Shown here: piece by piece, positions 36,804 to 44,349 of the stretch
Numbering within the stretch: position 1 is the first letter of the stretch
Layout: every line of letters starts with the position of its first letter
DNA from: Escherichia phage AV106
Sequence record: OR352937.1
Reading direction: 5' to 3' (one strand)
Length of the DNA stretch: 50,922 bases
Notes under the pieces: model-generated
Told to the model about the DNA's origin: nothing
The model's input: the letters and a program-made list of their open reading frames with translations, nothing else
The model's database searches: none
Position numbers and translations under genes: made by a program

Positions 36804-36831
36804 AATGATTTCCTCTTAGTGGTTGATATGG

Positions 36832-36879
36832 GGATTGTACCAGTCAGGACGAATCCCCTTTTAACAATTCGTGCTTAGT
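36832..36879 (-). promoter_or_regulatory. Dyad-motif promoter (24-bp spacing variant)
   Basis: CTAAGCACGAATTGTTAAAAG, 24 bp, TACAAT (preceded by TGg) in the loop of GGGGATT...AATCCCC. Confidence 0.5.
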
Positions 36880-37363
36880 AGACTAGCTCGCACTCAATAG
36901 AGAACGGTTCGGAGTCGCGATGGAAGAAGCAAAACGCTTCTTTATACATGCCACCAACAAATCCAACAGCCTTAAGTTGCTCATGGCTAACGTAGACAAG
37001 GTTGTTGGTAATTTCCTCAAAGTCAACAATAACCGGGAACGTGCGATTCTCATAACCAGGGCGCATAGGATACCCGCCATTGTTGAGAAGTCGAACCTTT
37101 CGCGGCTTGATGTTTGCCTGGACTTCCCATTCAAAAAAGAACATCGTTCCATCATTTTCGTTGAAGTCAGCCGGGCCAAATACTGGACTAACCGATAGGC
37201 CGTAATCCAGATCGTACACGCCAGCTTTTACAAGGTCGTCAACCTTGACGCGGTAGCCGCCAGTGCTATCATCGCACTTCACGGCGTCAACGATAATCGG
37301 GTCAGCTTCCAGGTCGCGAGTAAAGCCTTTGTAACCGCCAGTGCACAGTAATTTAATTTTCAT
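36875..37363 (-). CDS. Hypothetical protein
   Basis: 162 aa; RBS GAGGACGAG; preceded by dyad motif and TATAGT in a hairpin loop. Confidence 0.45.
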   Translation of the reverse strand: MKIKLLCTGGYKGFTRDLEADPIIVDAVKCDDSTGGYRVKVDDLVKAGVYDLDYGLSVSPVFGPADFNENDGTMFFFEWEVQANIKPRKVRLLNNGGYPMRPGYENRTFPVIVDFEEITNNLVYVSHEQLKAVGFVGGMYKEAFCFFHRDSEPFSIECELVY

Positions 37364-37394
37364 GTTCTCGTCCTCATTCGTTGTCGATGTGGTT

Positions 37395-37440
37395 ACTATA
37401 TCGCAACCACATGATCGCGTTTTAACAAAAAGTGCTATTC
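37395..37440 (-). promoter_or_regulatory. Dyad-motif promoter
   Basis: AATAGCACTTTTTGTTAAAAC, 22 bp, TATAGT in the loop of ATGTGGTT...AACCACAT. Confidence 0.55.
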
Positions 37441-37626
37441 TTTAATTTCGAAGCAATCCGTATCTTCATAGAATACCCAGGTATCGCCATTATCATCAAG
37501 CAATGAGATGTTACCGAAGCTGGTTAGCGAAGCGTTATAAGGCTTGTTGACAGTAAAGCACTCCTTTACTTCCTCATCTTCGCTACCTTTGAATAATGCA
37601 ATCATTTGGTGCATAAAATCAGCCAT
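37435..37626 (-). CDS. Hypothetical protein
   Basis: 63 aa. Confidence 0.4.
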   Translation of the reverse strand: MADFMHQMIALFKGSEDEEVKECFTVNKPYNASLTSFGNISLLDDNGDTWVFYEDTDCFEIKE

Positions 37627-37635
37627 TTTTAAATC

Positions 37636-37809
37636 CTATTTGCAAGTGATCTCATTTGATGTGATTGGTAGCAAAACGTTGCCAACCATCACAAACGTAG
37701 TAACCTGGTTCCCGGTCTTATGACAGCTATCTCTGACCTCTCCGCATCCTGACACTACCAGGATAGCCAGGGCGACCGCCGCCATCATGCAAATCAATAT
37801 TCGCATCAT
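37636..37809 (-). CDS. Small lipoprotein (57 aa)
   Basis: Start moved to ATG-ATG; signal peptide MMRILICMMAAVALAILVVSGC with lipobox LVVSGC; mature part has further Cys; ATGA overlap with the upstream peptide. Confidence 0.4.
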   Translation of the reverse strand: MMRILICMMAAVALAILVVSGCGEVRDSCHKTGNQVTTFVMVGNVLLPITSNEITCK

Positions 37810-37916
37810 TCGAACGCCCCAGCACACAGGAGAAGCATTACCACGATGCCGACCATAACGTGACCCATGCAGAAGAACCAGACGGCAGACCATAGAGCTA
37901 TTGTATTGAAGTTCAT
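37806..37916 (-). CDS. Small hydrophobic membrane peptide (36 aa, absent from the ORF track)
   Basis: ATGA overlap with stop of ORF 37913..38140, RBS GAGGTG; translates MNFNTIALWSAVWFFCMGHVMVGIVVMLLLCAGAFE; stop overlaps the lipoprotein start. Confidence 0.3.
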   Translation of the reverse strand: MNFNTIALWSAVWFFCMGHVMVGIVVMLLLCAGAFE

Positions 37917-38140
37917 TTTAGCACCTCGATCTTGTTGTCGCCGATTGAGTTTTCTACTACCGATTGCGGATCATCACCAGGAACGCGCATGTAAAAATTA
38001 CTCACCGCCGTGAAGTTCCATTGACCGCGCCACTTGAAATATAATCCGTTCTTTGCGCCTTTCGCGAAGTGAGTAGATTTAGCCGGGATCATGTGCCCGT
38101 TGACGCGGATTAGTTTGGTTAGGTTGCTGTAACGTGGCAT
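37913..38140 (-). CDS. Hypothetical protein
   Basis: 75 aa; RBS GAGGAA. Confidence 0.4.
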   Translation of the reverse strand: MPRYSNLTKLIRVNGHMIPAKSTHFAKGAKNGLYFKWRGQWNFTAVSNFYMRVPGDDPQSVVENSIGDNKIEVLK

Positions 38141-38146
38141 AATTAT

Positions 38147-38410
38147 TTATTCCTCAATTAAAGTGCTTATATCATCATAGCCCTGAAATTCACCATTCCA
38201 GATCAAGAAGCTAGTTACGCCCTCAATCTCAATCCACTTGCCATTCTCCTCTCGATACTCCTTGTAAATGTATGGGGAAAGCTCAATCACTGCATAGCGG
38301 CGATACTGCAAGCCACCATTGATGCTTGAGCAGTAGCGAGAAATGAAAATCGCGTGTTGCTTGTTGTGGCGAGTAGCTTCAATTGCGTTTCTATTCTTGA
38401 CGATTGACAT
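38147..38410 (-). CDS. Hypothetical protein
   Basis: 87 aa; leader CCAATCAGAGGA; preceded by dyad motif and TATAGT. Confidence 0.45.
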   Translation of the reverse strand: MSIVKNRNAIEATRHNKQHAIFISRYCSSINGGLQYRRYAVIELSPYIYKEYREENGKWIEIEGVTSFLIWNGEFQGYDDISTLIEE

Positions 38411-38449
38411 GGTGAATCCTCTGATTGGTATCTCGTTTTGATGGGGTAA

Positions 38450-38495
38450 CTATAGCAAGATACCCCGATCCGTTTTTAACAATTCGTGCTATTTG
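38450..38495 (-). promoter_or_regulatory. Dyad-motif promoter
   Basis: AATAGCACGAATTGTTAAAAAC, 22 bp, TATAGT (preceded by TGc) in the loop of GGGGTA...TACCCC. Confidence 0.55.
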
Positions 38496-38956
38496 GTAAG
38501 ATACTTCACGTTACTACCAGCAACCTCATTCCAGCCGTCATCAAAGAACACGCTGTAGCATGTTTCTGAGCGCTGTCGAATCTTCGATACGGTCCTCCAC
38601 ACTTTACGACCTGAGTAACCAGTCAGCACACGCATCCCTGGCAACAACTCACCAGACTTTCTCGCCTTAATGGTCACATCAGAATCAAGATCGAAAGACT
38701 CAAGATAGACCGGGTTAATCATATCGCACATGCGGCGCTCTTGCTCATCTTCACAATCGCAGCCATTGTTCGCCTTGATAGCTCCAATGAAGCAACCCAG
38801 CTTTTCAGTAAGTGAGCCTGCGCGGTATGAGTTGATATCAATAACCGTGTAGTGGCTGTACATGTGCCAGTGCGATCCGGTTTTGTGCTCAAACGCGAAG
38901 AATGACATTTCGCCATCAATCTCATCTTTAGCCAGGAATACGGTAATGGTTGTCAT
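38489..38956 (-). CDS. Hypothetical protein
   Basis: 155 aa; several Cys (CDCED...C). Confidence 0.4.
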   Translation of the reverse strand: MTTITVFLAKDEIDGEMSFFAFEHKTGSHWHMYSHYTVIDINSYRAGSLTEKLGCFIGAIKANNGCDCEDEQERRMCDMINPVYLESFDLDSDVTIKARKSGELLPGMRVLTGYSGRKVWRTVSKIRQRSETCYSVFFDDGWNEVAGSNVKYLTK

Positions 38957-38958
38957 GA

Positions 38959-39153
38959 TTATGCCTCAGCAAAGTAAGTGTTAAATCCTTTGAGTTTGTA
39001 GTCGCTACCTACGCGCACCACGTTCCAGGCAAGTCCCGAGTGATATGCAACCATATCCTCAAGGTCGATCGTGATTTCGGTTCCTTTCTTGAACAGACCC
39101 TTTTCATGAGTTGAGTCGCGCTGAACAACCACTACGTCAATTTGCGTTTCCAT
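38959..39153 (-). CDS. Hypothetical small protein
   Basis: Start moved to ATG (METQIDVV) behind RBS GAGGAAAAGAAG; the track's N-terminal extension covers the promoter. Confidence 0.4.
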   Translation of the reverse strand: METQIDVVVVQRDSTHEKGLFKKGTEITIDLEDMVAYHSGLAWNVVRVGSDYKLKGFNTYFAEA

Positions 39154-39185
39154 CTTCTTTTCCTCTGTATCGTGTCGATGAGAAG

Positions 39186-39231
39186 ATAATACCCGATCCG
39201 CTCGACCGGGCTTTAACAAAAAGTGCTATTC
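39186..39231 (-). promoter_or_regulatory. Dyad-motif promoter
   Basis: AATAGCACTTTTTGTTAAAGC, 22 bp, TATTAT; upstream of ORF 38959..39153. Confidence 0.55.
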
Positions 39232-39486
39232 CATCAAAGTGAAGCAGCGAATTTTATTTGGCTTGAATAGGAATAGCTGGATGCCTTGCACCTTACCAAG
39301 ACTGATCATCTCTACGCCAAACTGTTTACGCACATACCGGACCAGCTCATCGGCTGGCGAACTCATCTGTAGTCCGAGGTGATGGAAACCGACAAACCCG
39401 TATGTTTCGGGGTTAAGCTGGAATGCCTCACCTGGATTGAGTTGCATCAATACACCTTTCAGGGAGTCATGCTTAATTTTGCTCAT
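39226..39486 (-). CDS. Hypothetical protein
   Basis: 86 aa; RBS GAGGAGAAG. Confidence 0.4.
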   Translation of the reverse strand: MSKIKHDSLKGVLMQLNPGEAFQLNPETYGFVGFHHLGLQMSSPADELVRYVRKQFGVEMISLGKVQGIQLFLFKPNKIRCFTLME

Positions 39487-39488
39487 GA

Positions 39489-40064
39489 TTACTTCTCCTC
39501 ATCCAGTAAATGTGAGCGGAATTGCTCGACCAGCTTATTGAGATCGGACACCGAGATATTGCTACCTTCAAAATCCCTCAAATCGATTTTGAACGCCTCA
39601 ACCTTCGCATTGAACACGTCGGCTATGCTCTTTCGCTTCCTACCTCTCTTGCCCTGTTTAGCTTCGCCTATGGCCTTCTCTGCTTCCTCGCCTTCGAGTT
39701 CGGTTATGAATATCGTCACCCCGTCAACCTGATCGCGGTTGATTCGCACAGATACGGCCTTATTGTGCGCCTTGAGCATGTGGCGCTTGATGATATTGGA
39801 CACGTACGACGCGGTGAGTCTCTCGAGCAACCAGGCTGATCGAGATGTGTACTCGTTAACGACTGCCTCATCGATCTGGTCATCGTTAAGTTCCACGCCC
39901 TGAGTAGCCTTTACAATCTCGGCCTGCTCATTGACGTACACTTCAACCATTTGCTTTCCAGTGACTGAGAAGTCATTCCCTGATTGGTGGATTTCAATCG
40001 CCTTTCGAATATAGTCCGGCAGGTTGAGTTCAAATTCTGTCACTTCTTTAAGCTGAGTTTTCAC
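39489..40064 (-). CDS. Hypothetical protein, first gene of the minus-strand early array
   Basis: 191 aa; GTG start with RBS GAGGT; C-terminal basic patch KQGKRGRKRK; adjacent to the repeat-rich control region. Confidence 0.4.
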   Translation of the reverse strand: MKTQLKEVTEFELNLPDYIRKAIEIHQSGNDFSVTGKQMVEVYVNEQAEIVKATQGVELNDDQIDEAVVNEYTSRSAWLLERLTASYVSNIIKRHMLKAHNKAVSVRINRDQVDGVTIFITELEGEEAEKAIGEAKQGKRGRKRKSIADVFNAKVEAFKIDLRDFEGSNISVSDLNKLVEQFRSHLLDEEK

Positions 40065-40111
40065 TTGTCTATACCTCGTTGTCTATGGGTGTAACTTTCA
40101 ACTTCGAAAAA

Positions 40112-40141
40112 CATGTTACAGCTACAACGTCAGGCGCGTCA
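40112..40141 (-). promoter_or_regulatory. Candidate sigma70-like promoter for the first minus-strand early gene
   Basis: Minus strand TTGACG, 18-bp spacer, TAACAT, about 40 nt upstream of the GTG start at 40064. Confidence 0.35.
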
Positions 40142-40348
40142 ATGTCTATAGCTGCATTTTTTATTTTTGTAACCAGTGCAACCGATGCAACCGACTTTTT
40201 CTATAAAAGTAAGCACATCTATTTATGCGCGCGGAATAGTATGTTTTTTATACTATGCATCACGAAATATATGCCACCATCAAAAAATGCGGTTGCACCT
40301 ATTACGCCGATTACATACCAATATATAATATAATAAATAAATAAATAT

Positions 40349-40427
40349 ATATTATCTATCTTATTATTATATATAGATATTTTATTATATATAGGCCCAT
40401 CGACTCGCTGGCCATTTTGTAACACCC
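40349..40427. repeat. AT-rich control module, copy B
   Basis: Same two anchor sequences (13 bp and 14 bp identical) with the same 52-bp spacing as copy A. Confidence 0.6.
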
Positions 40428-40677
40428 CTGATGGTATACAACTATTACGACAATTACAACTACCGCATAGACGAATAGCACGTTTTGCTAAAAATGGAGA
40501 TGACTACAAGGCGAACCGGGTAACACTAGATCCTCCCTCTCACAATCATTGCATTCCAAGCAACAATCACATCAACAGTTGCACATCATGCAACAATCAC
40601 ATTTCATCATTCGGGATCAATCAGGATCGCAATTATTCCAGATATTCCATTGCTGGTGGAATAATGAGCAACTATTG

Positions 40678-40724
40678 GAATAGCATTTTTTGCTAACGAC
40701 TTGGTCAGGCTGGCAGTGTATGAT
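40678..40724 (+). promoter_or_regulatory. Dyad-motif promoter for the C5-methyltransferase gene
   Basis: AATAGCATTTTTTGCTAACG, 23 bp, TATGAT, then leader CATCAACCAATCAGTAGGAGA. Confidence 0.5.
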
Positions 40725-40757
40725 TCATCACATCAACCAATCAGTAGGAGATTTGCA

Positions 40758-41462
40758 ATGAAATTAATCTGGTCGCTATTCGACGGTTCCGGTCTTGCTG
40801 GTCATGAACTGGCTAAGCAAGGTCACAAGGTGATGTGCTTCAACTTTGACGGAGCCGATCACGGGGATTATGCAAAGTACAATGCCCGGGTGGAGCATCC
40901 GAACATTGAGTATGTGAACGTGTTCATTGACGCAGCGTTTGAGCGTGATGCTATCGCTGGCGTGTATGGCAAGCCGGATTTCATTATGGCCTTCCCGCCG
41001 TGCACTGACCTGGCTGTTAGTGGTGCCGCTCACTTCGCAAGAAAGCGTGAACGCGATCCGTTATTCCAGGAGAAGGCTGTTGCCACCGCCCGGATTACTG
41101 CAAATATTGGCGACGCCCTGGGCGTGACTTACATCATTGAGAATCCGGTTAGCGTCCTGTCATCTGCCTGGAGAAAACCAAATCACTCCTTCAATCCCTG
41201 GGAGTATGGCGGCTATCTTCCTGAGAATGACTCACACCCCTGGTTCCCTATGTATATTGCGCCGCGCGATGCTTACCCGAAGAAAACTTGTCTGTGGACC
41301 TCTGACGATTTTGTCATGCCTGAAAGAAAACCTGTAAGCCTACCTGACGGGTACTCTGCACAGCACAGTAAGCTAGGCGGCAAATCTGCCAAAACTAAGT
41401 TGATACGATCCCTGTCGCCGCGTGGATTTTTCAAAGCGATCGCAAATAGCACTTTTTGTTAA
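40758..41462 (+). CDS. DNA (cytosine-5) methyltransferase, short Dcm-like
   Basis: Start moved to ATG behind a dyad-motif promoter and leader; motif I LFDGSGLAG (FxGxG), motif IV FPPC (catalytic Pro-Cys), motif VI IENPV (ENV-like). Confidence 0.55.
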   Translation: MKLIWSLFDGSGLAGHELAKQGHKVMCFNFDGADHGDYAKYNARVEHPNIEYVNVFIDAAFERDAIAGVYGKPDFIMAFPPCTDLAVSGAAHFARKRERDPLFQEKAVATARITANIGDALGVTYIIENPVSVLSSAWRKPNHSFNPWEYGGYLPENDSHPWFPMYIAPRDAYPKKTCLWTSDDFVMPERKPVSLPDGYSAQHSKLGGKSAKTKLIRSLSPRGFFKAIANSTFC

Positions 41463-41489
41463 AACTCGATCGGTGTGATTTGGCATAAT
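41445..41489 (+). promoter_or_regulatory. Dyad-motif promoter
   Basis: AATAGCACTTTTTGTTAAAAC, 22 bp, CATAAT; overlaps the 3' end of the methyltransferase ORF. Confidence 0.55.
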
Positions 41490-41522
41490 TACCTCATCGA
41501 AACGAGATTGAGGAAAAACAAA

Positions 41523-41708
41523 ATGGCACGTCGCATCACTAAAGACCTTAAAGTTCTGAACAAAGAAAACGTAGTTAAAATTCTGGTTATTTGGGGGTAC
41601 AACGAAGAATCAGCAAAGCAGAAGGTAGAAGCGGGTTACGATCTGGCTGTCAAAGCGATGCCTAACGACGACGCAAAAGGCATTGCAAACTATGTATCAT
41701 TCTTTTAA
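41523..41708 (+). CDS. Hypothetical small protein
   Basis: Start moved to ATG (MARRITKDL) after dyad motif, CATAAT and RBS GAGGAAAAA. Confidence 0.4.
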   Translation: MARRITKDLKVLNKENVVKILVIWGYNEESAKQKVEAGYDLAVKAMPNDDAKGIANYVSFF

Positions 41709-41723
41709 TTAACGGGCTAACAA

Positions 41724-41909
41724 ATGAAAACGAAATTAGTGCATAAATCAGAAATCAAGATAGGCGACACTGTGATTCACAACGGAGAGCTTAGAACTGT
41801 TGGTAAGGAGTCAATAACCAAAGATGAATTTATGGGGTTATTGTTGTTCGGCGACTCTTATCGCTTGGGTTACAAAATGGTTGAGCTTGTTGAGGAAGTA
41901 AAATTCTAA
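41724..41909 (+). CDS. Hypothetical small protein
   Basis: 61 aa. Confidence 0.35.
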   Translation: MKTKLVHKSEIKIGDTVIHNGELRTVGKESITKDEFMGLLLFGDSYRLGYKMVELVEEVKF

Positions 41910-41953
41910 ATAGCACGAATTGCTAAACGCCCCGAGGGGAATCGGGGTATAGT
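41908..41953 (+). promoter_or_regulatory. Dyad-motif promoter
   Basis: AATAGCACGAATTGCTAAACG, 22 bp, TATAGT in the loop of CCCCGA...TCGGGG, then leader CATCAACCAATCAGGAGA. Confidence 0.55.
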
Positions 41954-41984
41954 GAACACATCAACCAATCAGGAGAATCGCCAG

Positions 41985-42215
41985 ATGGCAATCAAACATC
42001 CCGGATTAAAGAAAGCAATCCAGCGAGCAAATGACGAGGGATTTATTGTATATCGCACACATTACGGTCACATGGGTGGACTTAAAGAGCATCATACAAA
42101 GGTTGAGCTTGTGGACTTGTGGGAGGATTACGATACATTCCAGTACATCGCCACGTCTGACGTAGAGGCGCAAGTGAAATACATCAATGACACTATTGAT
42201 AGCTTCAGAGGGTAA
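41985..42215 (+). CDS. Hypothetical protein
   Basis: Start moved to ATG (MAIKHPGL) behind leader AACCAATCAGGAGAATCGCCAG; dyad motif and TATAGT upstream. Confidence 0.45.
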   Translation: MAIKHPGLKKAIQRANDEGFIVYRTHYGHMGGLKEHHTKVELVDLWEDYDTFQYIATSDVEAQVKYINDTIDSFRG

Positions 42216-42219
42216 TTAT

Positions 42220-42591
42220 ATGTTTAAGCATTTCACAGATCTGGACTTCTCAGCCAGCACAGCAATCCAGACTGACGAGAAAGAAAGCGTAGCGATCGAG
42301 AACATCGCGCGCAAGATTTACAATAAGCAAGAGAAGGCCGTGAGAGCAGCTCTAACCGCCTATTATGGTGTAAGTGATGCAATGGAGTGCGTGAACCGAG
42401 TAACGCGCGTGGTGGACCATTCTGGCGTTTCTCGCTTCGTCGATAAAGATACTGGCGAGACAATCATTCAGCTAAACAATCCATCAATGCGTACTGAGTT
42501 AGGAAATATTGCACTGTGGGGAGTTGCTAACTATTCAATCACCGTTAACTCATGTGTAGCGGATCGCGTTAAGGAGGCATTGTATGAGTGA
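42220..42591 (+). CDS. Hypothetical protein
   Basis: Start moved to ATG (MFKHFTDL) behind RBS AGAGGG. Confidence 0.4.
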   Translation: MFKHFTDLDFSASTAIQTDEKESVAIENIARKIYNKQEKAVRAALTAYYGVSDAMECVNRVTRVVDHSGVSRFVDKDTGETIIQLNNPSMRTELGNIALWGVANYSITVNSCVADRVKEALYE

Positions 42592-42798
42592 TAATATTTA
42601 CCGCGTAGTGGCGATCTCACGTAAGACTCAGAAAAAAGTAATTGCCTACATGGGGAATAGCGCCATTGAAGCTACAGACGCTTTCGAATTGCTAAAGAAT
42701 AACGAATGATTTATGAACACGTTCCGAGTTCGACTTGAGCGCCTTGAACCTGTTATTATTGACGAATCGAGAAAGCTATCCTGACTGGTTAGGGGGGG

Positions 42799-43122
42799 AT
42801 GATGAACCACACTTACAAAATCACAACGAAATCACCGAAGATTAACGGAAGTACGGTAGTCGCACTGAATAACGCGGCAGCAATCCACGAAAAAAACATC
42901 ATGGAGCGCGTTAAGGCGGCGGTGGGCCGATTCTACGGAATAAACGCTGATATTGCCGACAGCAAACGACTGTTCAAATACGTGCCAGGCCATCCGTACA
43001 GTCGGATGATCGACATTAAGCATGATAAAGAACTGGTTAGAATCGGATCGCTTAGCATTGACGAGTTCGACCATAACATTAACCTTGTAACGGCGTATCA
43101 AACTTGGGACGGTAAAAAATGA
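42799..43122 (+). CDS. Hypothetical protein
   Basis: 107 aa; RBS GGGGGGATG. Confidence 0.4.
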   Translation: MMNHTYKITTKSPKINGSTVVALNNAAAIHEKNIMERVKAAVGRFYGINADIADSKRLFKYVPGHPYSRMIDIKHDKELVRIGSLSIDEFDHNINLVTAYQTWDGKK

Positions 43123-43260
43123 TTTATATTCACACTTTCTATACTGGCAAATTTAACAGAGTAAAAAATGTTCGCGTTTACGATAGCCACCAAAAAGCAA
43201 TGATGCAGAAAGTAGTTCTAGGTGGAACAATCAAAGAGTGCAAAGTAATTTCTGAGTACT

Positions 43261-43306
43261 GATAGCACGAATAGCTAAAGACAATAAATAGGGAGTAAGG
43301 TATATT
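43261..43306 (+). promoter_or_regulatory. Dyad-motif promoter
   Basis: GATAGCACGAATAGCTAAAG, 23 bp, TATATT. Confidence 0.5.
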
Positions 43307-43338
43307 ACTCACACACCAAACAAACAAAGGAATTAAAA

Positions 43339-43563
43339 ATGAGCATTAAAGTTGAGAATATCATCAAGCACCTGAACGCGAAAGGCCGTGTAGTTATAAA
43401 AATGGATAAGTCTTCCGGCTTTATTTCAATGACGGTAACTAAGACTCGTAACGGTAATAACGTTATCGGCAGCACGCCAGGCTCGCGCTTAGTAAATGCA
43501 ACAGATGCCGATGTTCGTGCTACGCTTGAAGCAAACTCAATTTATATTAATTCGTGGAGTTAA
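43339..43563 (+). CDS. Hypothetical protein
   Basis: 74 aa; dyad motif and TATATT upstream. Confidence 0.4.
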   Translation: MSIKVENIIKHLNAKGRVVIKMDKSSGFISMTVTKTRNGNNVIGSTPGSRLVNATDADVRATLEANSIYINSWS

Positions 43564-43566
43564 TTA

Positions 43567-43776
43567 ATGGAGCAGGATAATTTTTGGACCCGTTATTTTG
43601 CAGCGCTTGATGCTGGACTTAGTGCCGAATGGTGCATCAAGGTTGCATATAAAGAAATAACACTTGATGAGGCTCTTGGCGATATGGATATGAATGCTGA
43701 AAGCGAATACGATCCTAACTTTGAATTACCTAGTGATGATATTAATGAAGACGACGACGATTATACTCCCTGGTAA
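43567..43776 (+). CDS. Hypothetical acidic protein
   Basis: 69 aa; very acidic C-terminus (EDDDDYTPW). Confidence 0.4.
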   Translation: MEQDNFWTRYFAALDAGLSAEWCIKVAYKEITLDEALGDMDMNAESEYDPNFELPSDDINEDDDDYTPW

Positions 43777-43820
43777 ATAGCACGATTTGTTAATATTGCC
43801 GTAAGGTCATTTGATAAAGT
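43776..43820 (+). promoter_or_regulatory. Dyad-motif promoter
   Basis: AATAGCACGATTTGTTAAT, 22 bp, TAAAGT (preceded by TGa) in the loop of AAGGTCA...TGACCTT, then leader AACCAATCAGGAATT. Confidence 0.55.
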
Positions 43821-43856
43821 GACCTTATTCAAGATAACCAATCAGGAATTAACGAA

Positions 43857-44273
43857 ATGAAATCCATCAAACTGAAATGTACTCACGCAGATAAAATCAC
43901 AGGATTTGAAGTAAACAACATATACAAAGGTCGTGAGCGCTATGATGGCACTCGCGAAGTAAAATTAAAATGCGGGAAGTATTTAAAACTTGAAAAGCAT
44001 GATGAATTACAGATTCACGGATCTGATGAAATTTTCTTCGCGAAGTTCACTGAGTTGAAAACAAAGACGCTCAAGTGCACCGGGCTTGACCATCGCAACC
44101 CAATGAAAAAATCATTCAAAGTTGGCAAGCGTTACCAGGTTGAAAGCGGTCGCGCTCTCGGTGGCGTAGCTGGTTACATCTTTGATGAAGATGGTTGTCG
44201 CTGGACCTTATTTCGCGAAGAGGTTGGTTTTAGTATCGCAGACGGCACAACCTTTGAGGCCAAATACTTATAA
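43857..44273 (+). CDS. Hypothetical protein
   Basis: 138 aa; leader AACCAATCAGGAATTAACGAA; dyad motif and TAAAGT upstream. Confidence 0.45.
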   Translation: MKSIKLKCTHADKITGFEVNNIYKGRERYDGTREVKLKCGKYLKLEKHDELQIHGSDEIFFAKFTELKTKTLKCTGLDHRNPMKKSFKVGKRYQVESGRALGGVAGYIFDEDGCRWTLFREEVGFSIADGTTFEAKYL

Positions 44274-44275
44274 CC

Positions 44276-44320
44276 AATAGCACTTTTTGCAAAACGCGTG
44301 TACCATTGGCGGTGTATCAT
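44276..44320 (+). promoter_or_regulatory. Dyad-motif promoter
   Basis: AATAGCACTTTTTGCAAAACG, 22 bp, TATCAT in the loop of CGGTGTA...TACACCG. Confidence 0.55.
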
Positions 44321-44349
44321 TTACACCGTCAACTAAGGAGTTTATTGTG

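Noticed and set aside
37636-37893. Track ORF of 85 aa taken at face value
   Set aside because: Its N-terminal 28 residues overlap a better-supported coupled micro-ORF in another frame, and the lipoprotein signal begins at the internal ATG-ATG; replaced by two smaller genes.
40477-40497. Dyad copy AATAGCACGTTTTGCTAAAAA as a promoter
   Set aside because: No -10-like hexamer at 22-24 bp and no ORF with an RBS within 150 bp downstream; more likely a bare binding site within the control region.
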